This document shows positions 1 to 7,821 of a DNA stretch of 64,000 bases, piece by piece; position 1 is the first letter of the stretch, and each line of letters opens with the position of its first letter. The DNA comes from Candidatus Micrarchaeota archaeon. GTDB lineage: Archaea > B1Sed10-29 > B47-G15. Both the position numbers and the translations under genes were made by a program. The stretch spans positions 7,996 through 71,995 of the forward strand of contig QMVG01000002.1 of NCBI GenBank assembly GCA_003660975.1, written 5' to 3'. The notes beneath the pieces are model-generated. The model made no database searches. It worked only from the letters and a program-made list of their open reading frames with translations, and had not been told where the DNA came from.

Positions 1-1
1 T

Positions 2-352
2 TTATTCCTGCTAATCATTCTGGCAGGCTGTGGTAGGCAGGAAGCAGTGAATGAAAAAATAGAGTCTCTTATACCCCCTTCCTGGCATATCTCATACTAC
101 AAAGAAGCAGGTGAAGAACCATATGGTTGGACAGGTCATGGCAGTTGTGCATATGTGAGATTAGAGAACGAGAGCAACGCATACGTTGAGCTTTGGTTTT
201 GCCCACCATCATGGCGCGCTGTAAAGGATGACCTTGTGCCATGGCCTATAAGCGCTGAAAAAGTAAAGCAAGGCAAGAATTATGATATATATCTCTACGC
301 AGTGGACAAGCAAGTAGGTTTCATAAAAACCCTATTAGATGCATTCAAATAA
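2..352 (+). CDS. Putative lipoprotein, 5' end truncated by the window edge
   Basis: The reading frame is open from position 2 and encodes ...LFLLIILAGCGRQEAV upstream of the annotated Met at 47. The LAGC motif looks like a lipobox at the end of a signal peptide. The downstream part is hydrophilic with Cys and Trp residues. There is no recognisable family. Confidence 0.35.
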   Translation, partial: LFLLIILAGCGRQEAVNEKIESLIPPSWHISYYKEAGEEPYGWTGHGSCAYVRLENESNAYVELWFCPPSWRAVKDDLVPWPISAEKVKQGKNYDIYLYAVDKQVGFIKTLLDAFK

Positions 353-602
353 GGAAAGCAGCTGTTTTTGCTATCATCCTGCTGATAGCGTTCATCTCAT
401 CCAGTCTCTGTATATAACTATAGCTTATTGCCATGGCCAACACTAAGAGAATAATAAGCACCACTAAAGCTATCAATATCATAAGGTTCAATTTGTTTTG
501 TTTCATCATCAAATATTGTGAATAACCGAGCTTGTACTGACCTTCCTTATCACTCCAAACCATTATTACTTCTTTGTCTTTTTTTGCCATATGCCTCACC
601 AA
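345..602 (-). CDS. Hypothetical small membrane protein
   Basis: 85-aa ORF with one strongly hydrophobic helix (LMILIALVVLIILLVLAMAI). No family recognised. It could be spurious. Confidence 0.25.
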   Translation of the reverse strand: MVRHMAKKDKEVIMVWSDKEGQYKLGYSQYLMMKQNKLNLMILIALVVLIILLVLAMAISYSYIQRLDEMNAISRMIAKTAAFLI

Positions 603-714
603 AACAAGGTATTTATATTTTGTAATAAAGCTTTTTTAATGCTTGTGGTTATGAAGGCAAAGCTTTAAAAAGCAGCTGTTTCACAAATATTACAGCTCTT
701 TTTAGGCGATCCAT

Positions 715-945
715 ATGCTGACACGTTTTGAGAAGGCAAGAGTAATTGGTGCCAGAGCCCTTCAGATAAGTATGGGAGCTCCAGTGCTTGTGAAGGTTCC
801 CAAGGGCGTTAAGGACCCTCTGAAAGTAGTTTTGGCAGAGCTGAGAGCAGGTGCAATTCCACTGACTGTTGTAAGGAAATTGCCAAATGGCGACACAATA
901 ATGATAGACATCAAAGGTGAGGATTTTGGGGAAGCAGAGATCTAA
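715..945 (+). CDS. rpoK: DNA-directed RNA polymerase subunit K (Rpb6/omega homologue)
   Basis: The sequence [22 protein letters not shown]...[27 protein letters not shown] matches the conserved Rpb6/RpoK core. Confidence 0.8.
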   Translation: MLTRFEKARVIGARALQISMGAPVLVKVPKGVKDPLKVVLAELRAGAIPLTVVRKLPNGDTIMIDIKGEDFGEAEI

Positions 946-1126
946 GATAATTACACGTGCTGTAAGACAACTCTATGAGCATTTGCCAGATAAGTTTAAG
1001 GCTGATTTTGAGTACAATAAGAAGGTTATGAAAGAGATGAATATATTTAGTGAGTCAAAAGTTAAGAGAAATATAGCAGCAGGTTATATGGCAAGGCTCA
1101 TTAAAAAGGGACCCTCAGTCAAGTAA
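917..1126 (+). CDS. rps17e: 30S ribosomal protein S17e
   Basis: The region [30 protein letters not shown]...[16 protein letters not shown] closely resembles archaeal S17e (IKRxAREL..YPDxFTxDFExNKKVV...RNRIAGYITRL). It overlaps the rpoK 3' end by 29 nt, so the exact start is uncertain. Confidence 0.6.
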   Translation: MRILGKQRSKIITRAVRQLYEHLPDKFKADFEYNKKVMKEMNIFSESKVKRNIAAGYMARLIKKGPSVK

Positions 1127-3364
1127 AATTTTAGTAGCGCCATTTTCCTCCTTGTCTCTATCAAGCATATAGAGAGAAGCAGTCGCTGCTTCTTTTAACT
1201 CCTCTTCGTGAGTTATTACGAATATTTGTTCTACGAGACCAGAAAAGCCCTCTCTCAGCGTTTGGGCCAGTTCCCTTATTGCTTGTCTGTCGAGGTTATG
1301 CGTTGGTTCATCCAGCACTAACCAGGATAGATTTCCTGCCAGCACAGACGCAAGGGCAATTCTGAGGCAGAGGCAGGCAGTGGTCCTCTCCCCGCCACTA
1401 CTTATTCCCTCCACGTTTATCCATTCTCCATTGCGTTCTAATTGCAGGATGTAATCCCCTGCATCATCTATGCCTAACCTAAGAGAAGTAAAATCAGCAT
1501 ATGGGTAAATCTTTTTCCAGAAGTGCTTTAATGCTTCATTCGTCTCATTGGTAAATTTCTCTCTTATGATGCCCTGTGTTTTTGACAGGACATTTGACAG
1601 GATATCAAATGATTCAATCATCTCATCAAGGAAACTCAACTCTTCCCTTCCTTTTTCAACTTCCTTCCTTATTTTCTCTAGCTCTTGGAGCATTTCCTTC
1701 CTGTCTTCTATTTGTTTGACGAGCGAGCTATTTTCTACATTCAGTGCAGTTAATTTTGTTTCCAGCTCCTTAATCTTGTTATATACCTCCTCTTCAACTT
1801 CCTTACTGTATTTCACTTTCTTTAATTCATCGTTGAGTTGCCTCAACTCATTTTCAGTTTTTATAAGCATTTTTTGATTTTCATAGAATTCCAGGGCTTT
1901 GACCAGGGATTCTCGCCTCTCTTTGAGTTCTTCAATACCCCTTCCTTTACTTATCACATTAAACTCTTGCTTTAATTTCTGAATCTCAGTTTCATAGCCA
2001 CTCAATTCTTCCTCAGCCTCTGCCAATTGTTTTACAAGCAACTCTTTCTTGTCCTGCCTTCTTCTTTCCTGTTCCAAATCATTTACTTTCTTTTCTAAAC
2101 TTTTTCTTTTGTCCTTAGCTACTTCAATCTTTACTTTTATTTCTTTTAGTCTACCTTCGTTTTCCTCAATTCTTTTTCTCTTTTCCTTTGCCAACTCGTT
2201 TGCTTTTTCAACACTTAGCTCAGCCCCACAAACAGGGCATTTTTCTTCGGCGTGCATTAGCTTTTGTATGTTTTCCTCTAATTCACTATTTTCCTTTGAA
2301 AGTAAAACATAGCTGCTCTCAAGTTCAGCGATTTCTTTTTCAACAACCGATATCTCCTTTTTGAGCTCTTCGAGTTCGGCATCCACATCTATGCTTGGAA
2401 TCCTTTCTATCTCAGATTTGAGCTCAAACTTTTTAAGCTCGGCCTTTTTCCTAACTTCCATCTTACCCTTTAATTCTGCTTTCAATTCCTCTAACTGTTT
2501 TACCGCTTCCTCAACTTCCTGCACTTCTTTCCTTAACTCCTCTTCACTTTTTTCCGGTTTTTCCCTGAGCCTTTCTCTTATTGCTTCCAAAGCGCCTTGT
2601 TTGTTGGATATTGCGTCTTTTAACCTCTCATATAGCTCTCTATTCAAGCTTATCTCTTCTTGCTTCTTTTTGTGTTCATTTAACTTAAGCTGTAATTCAG
2701 AAATCTGCTTTTCATTTTGCTCGAAACGGTTTTTTAATTCCATTATTTCATTTTTGATTTTAGGAATTTTCTCTAAATCTTCACTGTATTTCTCTAGTTC
2801 TCTTCTGCTTTCCTTTTTTACCTTTAGATTTCTGATCAAAACATTTAGGTTTTTTCTTGCCACCTCAAATTTGTTTATGTTAAGCAATTCATCTATCTTT
2901 TCTCTGCGTTTGCCCTTTGGGATATCTAAAAAGTACTCTAAATTGTTCTGTTCAGAATACACTGCTTTAGTGAACATATCATAGCTCATTCCTAAAATTT
3001 TTACTATGTTTTCTGTCACTCTCTTTGTTTGCGGGGCCTCTATTATTGTACTTCCTTTTTTCAACTCACTGTATGTGTTTCCTTTTCCCCTCTCAATGAT
3101 ACGCTTTATTTGATACTCATCACCGTCTTTTTCAAAGAGAAGCAGCACTTTTGCCTTATTTTCCCCGTATCTGATAACATCGTCCAATTTCAACTTTTTC
3201 TGCTGTAAGCTTGGGTATGTTCCGTATAAGGCATAACACAGAGCATCCATTGCAGAACTTTTTCCAGCGCCCATTCTGCCTACTATCACATTTGTGCCTT
3301 TCTTAAAATCAAAAACAGTTCTTGCGTGTGAACGCCAATTTTCAAGTTCTAACCTTTTAATCAT
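1115..3364 (-). CDS. rad50: DNA double-strand break repair ATPase Rad50 (SMC-like)
   Basis: N-terminal Walker A (GRMGAGKSS), a very long K/E-rich coiled coil, a central zinc-hook (KCPVCGAEL), and a C-terminal ABC signature and Walker B (SGGERTTACLCLRIALA...LVLDEPTHNLD). Confidence 0.85.
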   Translation of the reverse strand: MIKRLELENWRSHARTVFDFKKGTNVIVGRMGAGKSSAMDALCYALYGTYPSLQQKKLKLDDVIRYGENKAKVLLLFEKDGDEYQIKRIIERGKGNTYSELKKGSTIIEAPQTKRVTENIVKILGMSYDMFTKAVYSEQNNLEYFLDIPKGKRREKIDELLNINKFEVARKNLNVLIRNLKVKKESRRELEKYSEDLEKIPKIKNEIMELKNRFEQNEKQISELQLKLNEHKKKQEEISLNRELYERLKDAISNKQGALEAIRERLREKPEKSEEELRKEVQEVEEAVKQLEELKAELKGKMEVRKKAELKKFELKSEIERIPSIDVDAELEELKKEISVVEKEIAELESSYVLLSKENSELEENIQKLMHAEEKCPVCGAELSVEKANELAKEKRKRIEENEGRLKEIKVKIEVAKDKRKSLEKKVNDLEQERRRQDKKELLVKQLAEAEEELSGYETEIQKLKQEFNVISKGRGIEELKERRESLVKALEFYENQKMLIKTENELRQLNDELKKVKYSKEVEEEVYNKIKELETKLTALNVENSSLVKQIEDRKEMLQELEKIRKEVEKGREELSFLDEMIESFDILSNVLSKTQGIIREKFTNETNEALKHFWKKIYPYADFTSLRLGIDDAGDYILQLERNGEWINVEGISSGGERTTACLCLRIALASVLAGNLSWLVLDEPTHNLDRQAIRELAQTLREGFSGLVEQIFVITHEEELKEAATASLYMLDRDKEENGATKILLD

Positions 3365-3372
3365 GAAAATAA

Positions 3373-3969
3373 TTATGTATTAACTCTTTTACTAACCTTT
3401 TGCTTTGCTATCTGCTTGGCCAATCTTCTTTCAGATATCTCACCATAGAGCCACGATAGACCCGCGAGTATTAGAAAGAAAAATACGAAAAAGTTTGGAT
3501 TCACCACAGTGCTTGCCTTTTCCATCAGAAATATCCAAAAAAGCAGTCCTAAAACATTTCCAACAGCGATGCTCTTATATGCTTGGTTCCTTGGCAGTTT
3601 AAAAGAGTAAGCGAAAACAGCTGCCCATAAAAAACCCATTGAGAAAGCCATGAAAACAGTTGCCACATTATGCCCCAGATAACCCCACTTTTTTTGAAAG
3701 ACCTTGAGCAGCTGTTCAGGAGCCTTTTTTGCCTTCCTGAATTCTCTTTCCCCTATACTTGAAAACAGAGAAAGAATTTTGTTCTCTGCCTTTTTTACAT
3801 AATCTACCTTGCTTAAGAATATGAAAAGCAACGGCAACGGAGCAGTGTAGCAAGTAAAGAGGAATGCAAAGGTGAGCTCCTTAGACCAAAATTGTATTGC
3901 ATAGGGCACAGCTGTAGCAGGGCCCAATGTATAAGTTAGCAGGAACATGTAAAGCAAATTTATAGGCAT
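3373..3969 (-). CDS. Hypothetical polytopic membrane protein
   Basis: 198 aa with 5 to 6 hydrophobic segments and a basic C-terminus. Its stop lies 9 nt upstream of the rad50 start, so the two are probably co-transcribed. No family recognised. Confidence 0.4.
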   Translation of the reverse strand: MPINLLYMFLLTYTLGPATAVPYAIQFWSKELTFAFLFTCYTAPLPLLFIFLSKVDYVKKAENKILSLFSSIGEREFRKAKKAPEQLLKVFQKKWGYLGHNVATVFMAFSMGFLWAAVFAYSFKLPRNQAYKSIAVGNVLGLLFWIFLMEKASTVVNPNFFVFFFLILAGLSWLYGEISERRLAKQIAKQKVSKRVNT

Positions 3970-4002
3970 AAGACTTTATTGTTGTTTTTACAATAAAAAG
4001 GC

Positions 4003-4425
4003 ATGCGATTCATTGCAGATGCCATGCTCGGCAAGATGGGCAGATGGCTGAGAATGTTAGGTTATGACACAATAATATGCAACAACAAAATTTCTGATGA
4101 TGAGATAGAGAGAATAGCCAAAAAGGAAGGGCGCATTATTTTGAGCAGGGATAAACATATACATGGATATTATGTGGAGAGCGATGACTTTAAGGAACAG
4201 CTGAGACAGGTGTTTAAGGAATTCAACCTTAAAGCAAGATTTCCAGAAGCTTCAAGGTGTAGTAATTGTAATGGTAGATTGATAAAAGTAAAAAGAGAAG
4301 AAGTGAATGTGCCTCCTTCTGTAAAGAGCGAGGTCTTTTTTCAATGTGAAAACTGTGGCCAAGTTTATTGGAAAGGCTCTCATTGGAAAAGAATAAAGGA
4401 AGTCATTGACTATATAAGCTCTTAG
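4003..4425 (+). CDS. Mut7-C/DUF82 family PIN-like nuclease domain protein with C-terminal Zn-ribbon
   Basis: N-terminal MRFIADAMLGKMGRWLRMLGYDT (characteristic Mut7-C RNase domain start) and a C-terminal CSNCNGRL...CENCGQVYWKGSHW zinc ribbon. Confidence 0.55.
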   Translation: MRFIADAMLGKMGRWLRMLGYDTIICNNKISDDEIERIAKKEGRIILSRDKHIHGYYVESDDFKEQLRQVFKEFNLKARFPEASRCSNCNGRLIKVKREEVNVPPSVKSEVFFQCENCGQVYWKGSHWKRIKEVIDYISS

Positions 4426-4676
4426 CTTATTAGCGTGACATCAAGGCTTTCCATTTCTCTTACTCCGGCAAGAGACCTTATCTTTTCCTCTGTTTCCTCC
4501 GGCTTATCTTTCTTGTCGTCAAAGAGGATGCCAACCTTTATCACTTCAAGGCCAAATGCAATTGGCTCTCTTTGCACGCTTTTTACTTTATCTATCTTAC
4601 TTATTTCGTCCACAAGCTGCGCTAAATCTGCATTTTCTTCAGGATATATTCTATACACTGCCATTGCCATTCCCAT
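4422..4676 (-). CDS. ef1b: Translation elongation factor aEF-1 beta
   Basis: The region AVYRIYPEE...VDEISKIDKVKSVQREPIAFGLEVIKVGILFDD...SLDVTLIS matches archaeal EF-1beta. The start is placed at the internal Met just after the upstream Zn-ribbon gene stop (the track ORF extends to 4715). Confidence 0.7.
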   Translation of the reverse strand: MGMAMAVYRIYPEENADLAQLVDEISKIDKVKSVQREPIAFGLEVIKVGILFDDKKDKPEETEEKIRSLAGVREMESLDVTLIS

Positions 4677-4684
4677 AACAACAC

Positions 4685-4840
4685 CTACGGACCAACAAAG
4701 CCACAAACAGGGCACGTGTACGGAACAACAGTTCTCTTACAGAGATCACACCTTACTATCTCTGCCTTGCCGCAGTTTGGACATTTGAACTTTACATAGT
4801 TGTCTGTAACTTCCCTGTTGCACGATGTACATCTTATCAT
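4685..4840 (-). CDS. Zn-ribbon protein (COG2888-like) conserved upstream of ef1b
   Basis: Not in the ORF track (51 aa). Reverse-strand translation gives MIRCTSCNREVTDNYVKFKCPNCGKAEIVRCDLCKRTVVPYTCPVCGFVGP, with four CxxC pairs. The Zn-ribbon to EF-1beta gene order is a conserved archaeal pairing. Confidence 0.55.
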   Translation of the reverse strand: MIRCTSCNREVTDNYVKFKCPNCGKAEIVRCDLCKRTVVPYTCPVCGFVGP

Positions 4841-4916
4841 AATTCCACCTCAAAAAGAAGCACTATTATTTCACATAGTCTTGTTTATAAACATTTTGGC
4901 ACATAAACTTTACTAT

Positions 4917-4988
4917 GCCCCTGTAGTTTAGCGGATAGAACGCAGGCTTGCGGAGCCTGTGACCCGAGTTCAAATCTCGGCAGGGGCG
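4917..4988 (+). tRNA. tRNA-Arg (anticodon GCG), no encoded CCA
   Basis: Cloverleaf folded by hand. Acceptor stem GCCCCUG/CAGGGGC, D-stem GUUU/GAAC, anticodon stem CAGGC/GCCUG with loop UUGCGGA (U33, anticodon GCG, G37). T-arm CCGAG-UUCAAAU-CUCGG, discriminator G. The 3' flank reads CTA, so CCA is not genomically encoded. Confidence 0.65.
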
Positions 4989-6266
4989 CTAACCTTTTCT
5001 GAAATAAAGTTCCATCATCTCCTTATGTTTTAAAACATCTTTTCCTGTTCTTATTTTTGCTTTTTTAGCAAGTTTTTGATAATGTGAAGGAACAACTATG
5101 CCTTCTTTTAATAATTGCCTTATAAATTCTTCTGCCTTCACAAATCTCCTTTTCCTCCAAGCGTAAACCCTGCTTCTGTAAAACCAAAAGTCTGGATTTT
5201 TTTCTATGAACGCCTTTGTGTTTTTTTCATCCCATATCTCAGGTCCTTTGTGCTTCACAACAGAACTCAACTCATCACTCAATAGTTCCATTAATATAAC
5301 AGACTCCTTCTTTTCATCAGTCCAGTAAAAGCTCCTGTAAACCTCAAACTCATTATCCCTTAGTTGTTCTTTTAACATCTTTGCCATCTTTTCAAGCTGT
5401 GACCAAGCAATTTCAGGAACCACATCAGGATATGGCATTGATATACTTATCAATTTCCTTCCTTGAGCCTTCTTCTTCAAATCAATCTTCTCATGTTTCC
5501 CAAAAAACTGTTCTTCGCTTGGATTTTCAAGATAGCTTCTGCAAGCCCATATGAATTTGCTGAGACTTGTCCTATCAACAGCACTGGCGACATTTCTTTC
5601 AGGGTCAACAGGGTCTATCACTATTAAAGGTTCTATGAAGGACCTGGTGTTTTTTCCATGGCCTTCAATATCTATTACTGTCTTCCGCTCCCACCTAGCC
5701 GCATTTTTTAAGAGTTCTTCGAAGCTGCCATAGTGCAATATCAATAGTTCGCAAAGATAGCCAGAGAAGCCATGTGTTTTTTGGTCGGCCCCATAGCAAT
5801 TTATATTTTTTAAAAACTGTTTTAACAGCAGGACCTCTCTTTTGTGTTTCTCTTTTAGCCTTTCCATCAGGTATTCATTGTGGAGAGGTGTCCTATCAAC
5901 AGCACTTTTTATTTTCTGCCCGGGCTTTATCTTATAACAAGGCACGAGCTCCACATAGAAACCCTTTACTTTTCCCTTAACATATGGATGCTCAGCATAG
6001 TGTGTTTCTGTCTTCTTAAAAACCTTTTTTCCCAAATCCTTTATTTTTTTGTCAAGCATCTCTTTTGGCATGTTTGACGGGAAAAATACGAAAATGTCAA
6101 TGTCTTTTATAGGTTTTAAAGCAGTCCCTCTGGCCACGCTGCCTACAAGCACAGCTTCGTAGTTCTCCTTGTTCAGCTTCTCAATGATTTTTTTAGCAAC
6201 TGCCCTGGCCTTCTCGATTTCCTTCTCAGAAGGTTCTATCTTTTTGATTACCTCTTCAAGCTGCAT
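4989..6266 (-). CDS. cca: tRNA CCA-adding enzyme (archaeal class I nucleotidyltransferase)
   Basis: GSVARGTALKPIKDIDIFVFF is the pol-beta-type nucleotidyltransferase motif. Length and downstream motifs fit archaeal Cca. The start is placed at the internal Met (MQLEEVIKK), because the track's N-terminal extension is low-complexity. The stop abuts the tRNA 3' end. Confidence 0.75.
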   Translation of the reverse strand: MQLEEVIKKIEPSEKEIEKARAVAKKIIEKLNKENYEAVLVGSVARGTALKPIKDIDIFVFFPSNMPKEMLDKKIKDLGKKVFKKTETHYAEHPYVKGKVKGFYVELVPCYKIKPGQKIKSAVDRTPLHNEYLMERLKEKHKREVLLLKQFLKNINCYGADQKTHGFSGYLCELLILHYGSFEELLKNAARWERKTVIDIEGHGKNTRSFIEPLIVIDPVDPERNVASAVDRTSLSKFIWACRSYLENPSEEQFFGKHEKIDLKKKAQGRKLISISMPYPDVVPEIAWSQLEKMAKMLKEQLRDNEFEVYRSFYWTDEKKESVILMELLSDELSSVVKHKGPEIWDEKNTKAFIEKNPDFWFYRSRVYAWRKRRFVKAEEFIRQLLKEGIVVPSHYQKLAKKAKIRTGKDVLKHKEMMELYFRKG

Positions 6267-6300
6267 TAATAATTTATACTTCTGCTTACTATTTAACCTT

Positions 6301-7821
6301 ATGGAGCTACTTGAAGAGAGAAAGAATGCGAGAATATATCGTTCATCTCCTTGGCACATCTATGAGCTAAAGTTTCCTGACCTGAACAAAGACGAAAAGG
6401 AATTTGTCGAGCTGTTCAGCAGAGCCTTGCTGAAAAAATACTCTGCAAGGGAACTTGAAATACTTTTCATAAAGGACAAAGAAGAGGAAGCCTTTGTGAA
6501 TAGGATATATGAACTACTGTCTCAAATAGGTGACACAAGCATACAAAAGCTCAGCGATGAAAAGGAAGAGGAGATAAGACAGAAAATAAGCCGTTTTGTA
6601 AAACAAAACATCAGCAATTTAGAACATCCATATGAGCTGTCTGATCTGTTATTTCACGAAATTGTAGGTCTCAGCAGAATTGATTACCTCCTAGAAGATG
6701 ATACTCTTGAGGAGATTATGATAAATTCCCATAAAAAACCTGTTTTTGTTTATGATAAAAAATATGGTCTATGTAAAACCAACATCCTTTTTGATTCAGC
6801 AGAAGAGCTGCTCGCTTTGGTGGAACGCATTGCCTCATACGTGAATAAAGATTTGAATAAAGATAAGCCACTTCTTGATGCCAGATTGCCTGATGGCTCT
6901 AGGGTGAATGCCACGATTGCACCTGCATCTCCTATGGGAGCCACACTTACTATCAGGAAGTTTGGGAGAAGTTCTCTGAGCATTACTCAGCTTATTAAAA
7001 ATAAAACCATAAGTCCTGTTGCAGCTGCTTTTCTTTGGATGGCAGTTGAGGGTCTATCTATATGTCCTCTTAATATGCTAATTGCAGGAGGCACGAGTAG
7101 CGGCAAGACAACCACCTTAAACGCCCTAACAGTTTTCATTCCAGAGAAAGAAAGAATAATAAGCATTGAAGACACACTGGAATTGAACTTACATGATAGG
7201 GAAAATTGGGTCCAGTTAGAGGCAAGATACGGTCCTTATGAAAAAGAGCTCAGCTTAAATGATTTATTAAAAAACGCCTTAAGGATGAGAGCTGACAGAA
7301 TCATAGTAGGAGAGGTTAGAGGGGAGGAAGCAGAAACTATGTTCACTGCGATGGACATAGGTCAACAAGGTATGATGGGAACCATGCACGCTAACAGCGC
7401 CAAGGAGGCTATAATAAGGCTGCAATCTCCTCCAATGGCTGTGCCTAAAGCAATGTTCTCCTTATTGGACCTCATTGTAATGCAGCATAGAATGAAGCTT
7501 CCAGGACAAGGGGTGGTTAGAAGGCTTACTGAAATTTGTGAGGTAAGTTTGATGGATGAGCAGGTGCTTCTCAATAACCTCTTCTCCTTTGACCGTCAAG
7601 ATTTCTCTTTAAAGAGAACGTCAATACCCTCACAGTCTGTTGAGAAGTGGGCCACTTTGACTGGAAAAACTAAGGCAGATATTAGCAAGGAGATAAGCAA
7701 CAGAGCCCGTCTCTTAAATAGCATGGCTGAAAAAGCTATTTTTGACTACCCTGCAATAAGGAAAGTAATTAATGCTTACCTATCAGATCCTTCAAGTGTT
7801 TCAGATTTAAATCCATCTTAA
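6301..7821 (+). CDS. Type II/IV secretion-family ATPase (FlaI/TadA/VirB11-like), orphan paralogue
   Basis: LDARLPDGSRVNATIAPASP..TIRKF, Walker A AGGTSSGKTTTLNAL, Asp box/Walker B RIIVGEVRGEEA, His box GTMHAN. The start is placed at the internal Met (MELLEERKN). The track ORF's first 44 aa overlap cca and look spurious. Confidence 0.8.
   Translation: MELLEERKNARIYRSSPWHIYELKFPDLNKDEKEFVELFSRALLKKYSARELEILFIKDKEEEAFVNRIYELLSQIGDTSIQKLSDEKEEEIRQKISRFVKQNISNLEHPYELSDLLFHEIVGLSRIDYLLEDDTLEEIMINSHKKPVFVYDKKYGLCKTNILFDSAEELLALVERIASYVNKDLNKDKPLLDARLPDGSRVNATIAPASPMGATLTIRKFGRSSLSITQLIKNKTISPVAAAFLWMAVEGLSICPLNMLIAGGTSSGKTTTLNALTVFIPEKERIISIEDTLELNLHDRENWVQLEARYGPYEKELSLNDLLKNALRMRADRIIVGEVRGEEAETMFTAMDIGQQGMMGTMHANSAKEAIIRLQSPPMAVPKAMFSLLDLIVMQHRMKLPGQGVVRRLTEICEVSLMDEQVLLNNLFSFDRQDFSLKRTSIPSQSVEKWATLTGKTKADISKEISNRARLLNSMAEKAIFDYPAIRKVINAYLSDPSSVSDLNPS

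Noticed and set aside
1548-2984. Three plus-strand ORFs (109, 87 and 207 aa) rich in S, F and L inside the rad50 region
   Set aside because: They are antisense to the K/E-rich Rad50 coiled coil (AAG/GAA codons read as CTT/TTC). They are low-complexity and lack starts in good context, so they are translation artefacts of the opposite strand.
6169-6300. N-terminal 44-aa extension of the ATPase ORF (track start 6169), which is hydrophobic and overlaps cca on the opposite strand
   Set aside because: The extension overlaps the cca 5' coding region. The sequence is low-complexity. The conserved ATPase N-domain begins after the internal Met at 6301.
4989-6359. Longer Cca ORF starting at 6359 (MCQGDERYILAFFLSSSSS...)
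   Set aside because: The first 31 residues are S-rich and low-complexity and overlap the ATPase upstream region. The internal Met at 6266 (MQLEEVIKK) gives a typical Cca N-terminus.
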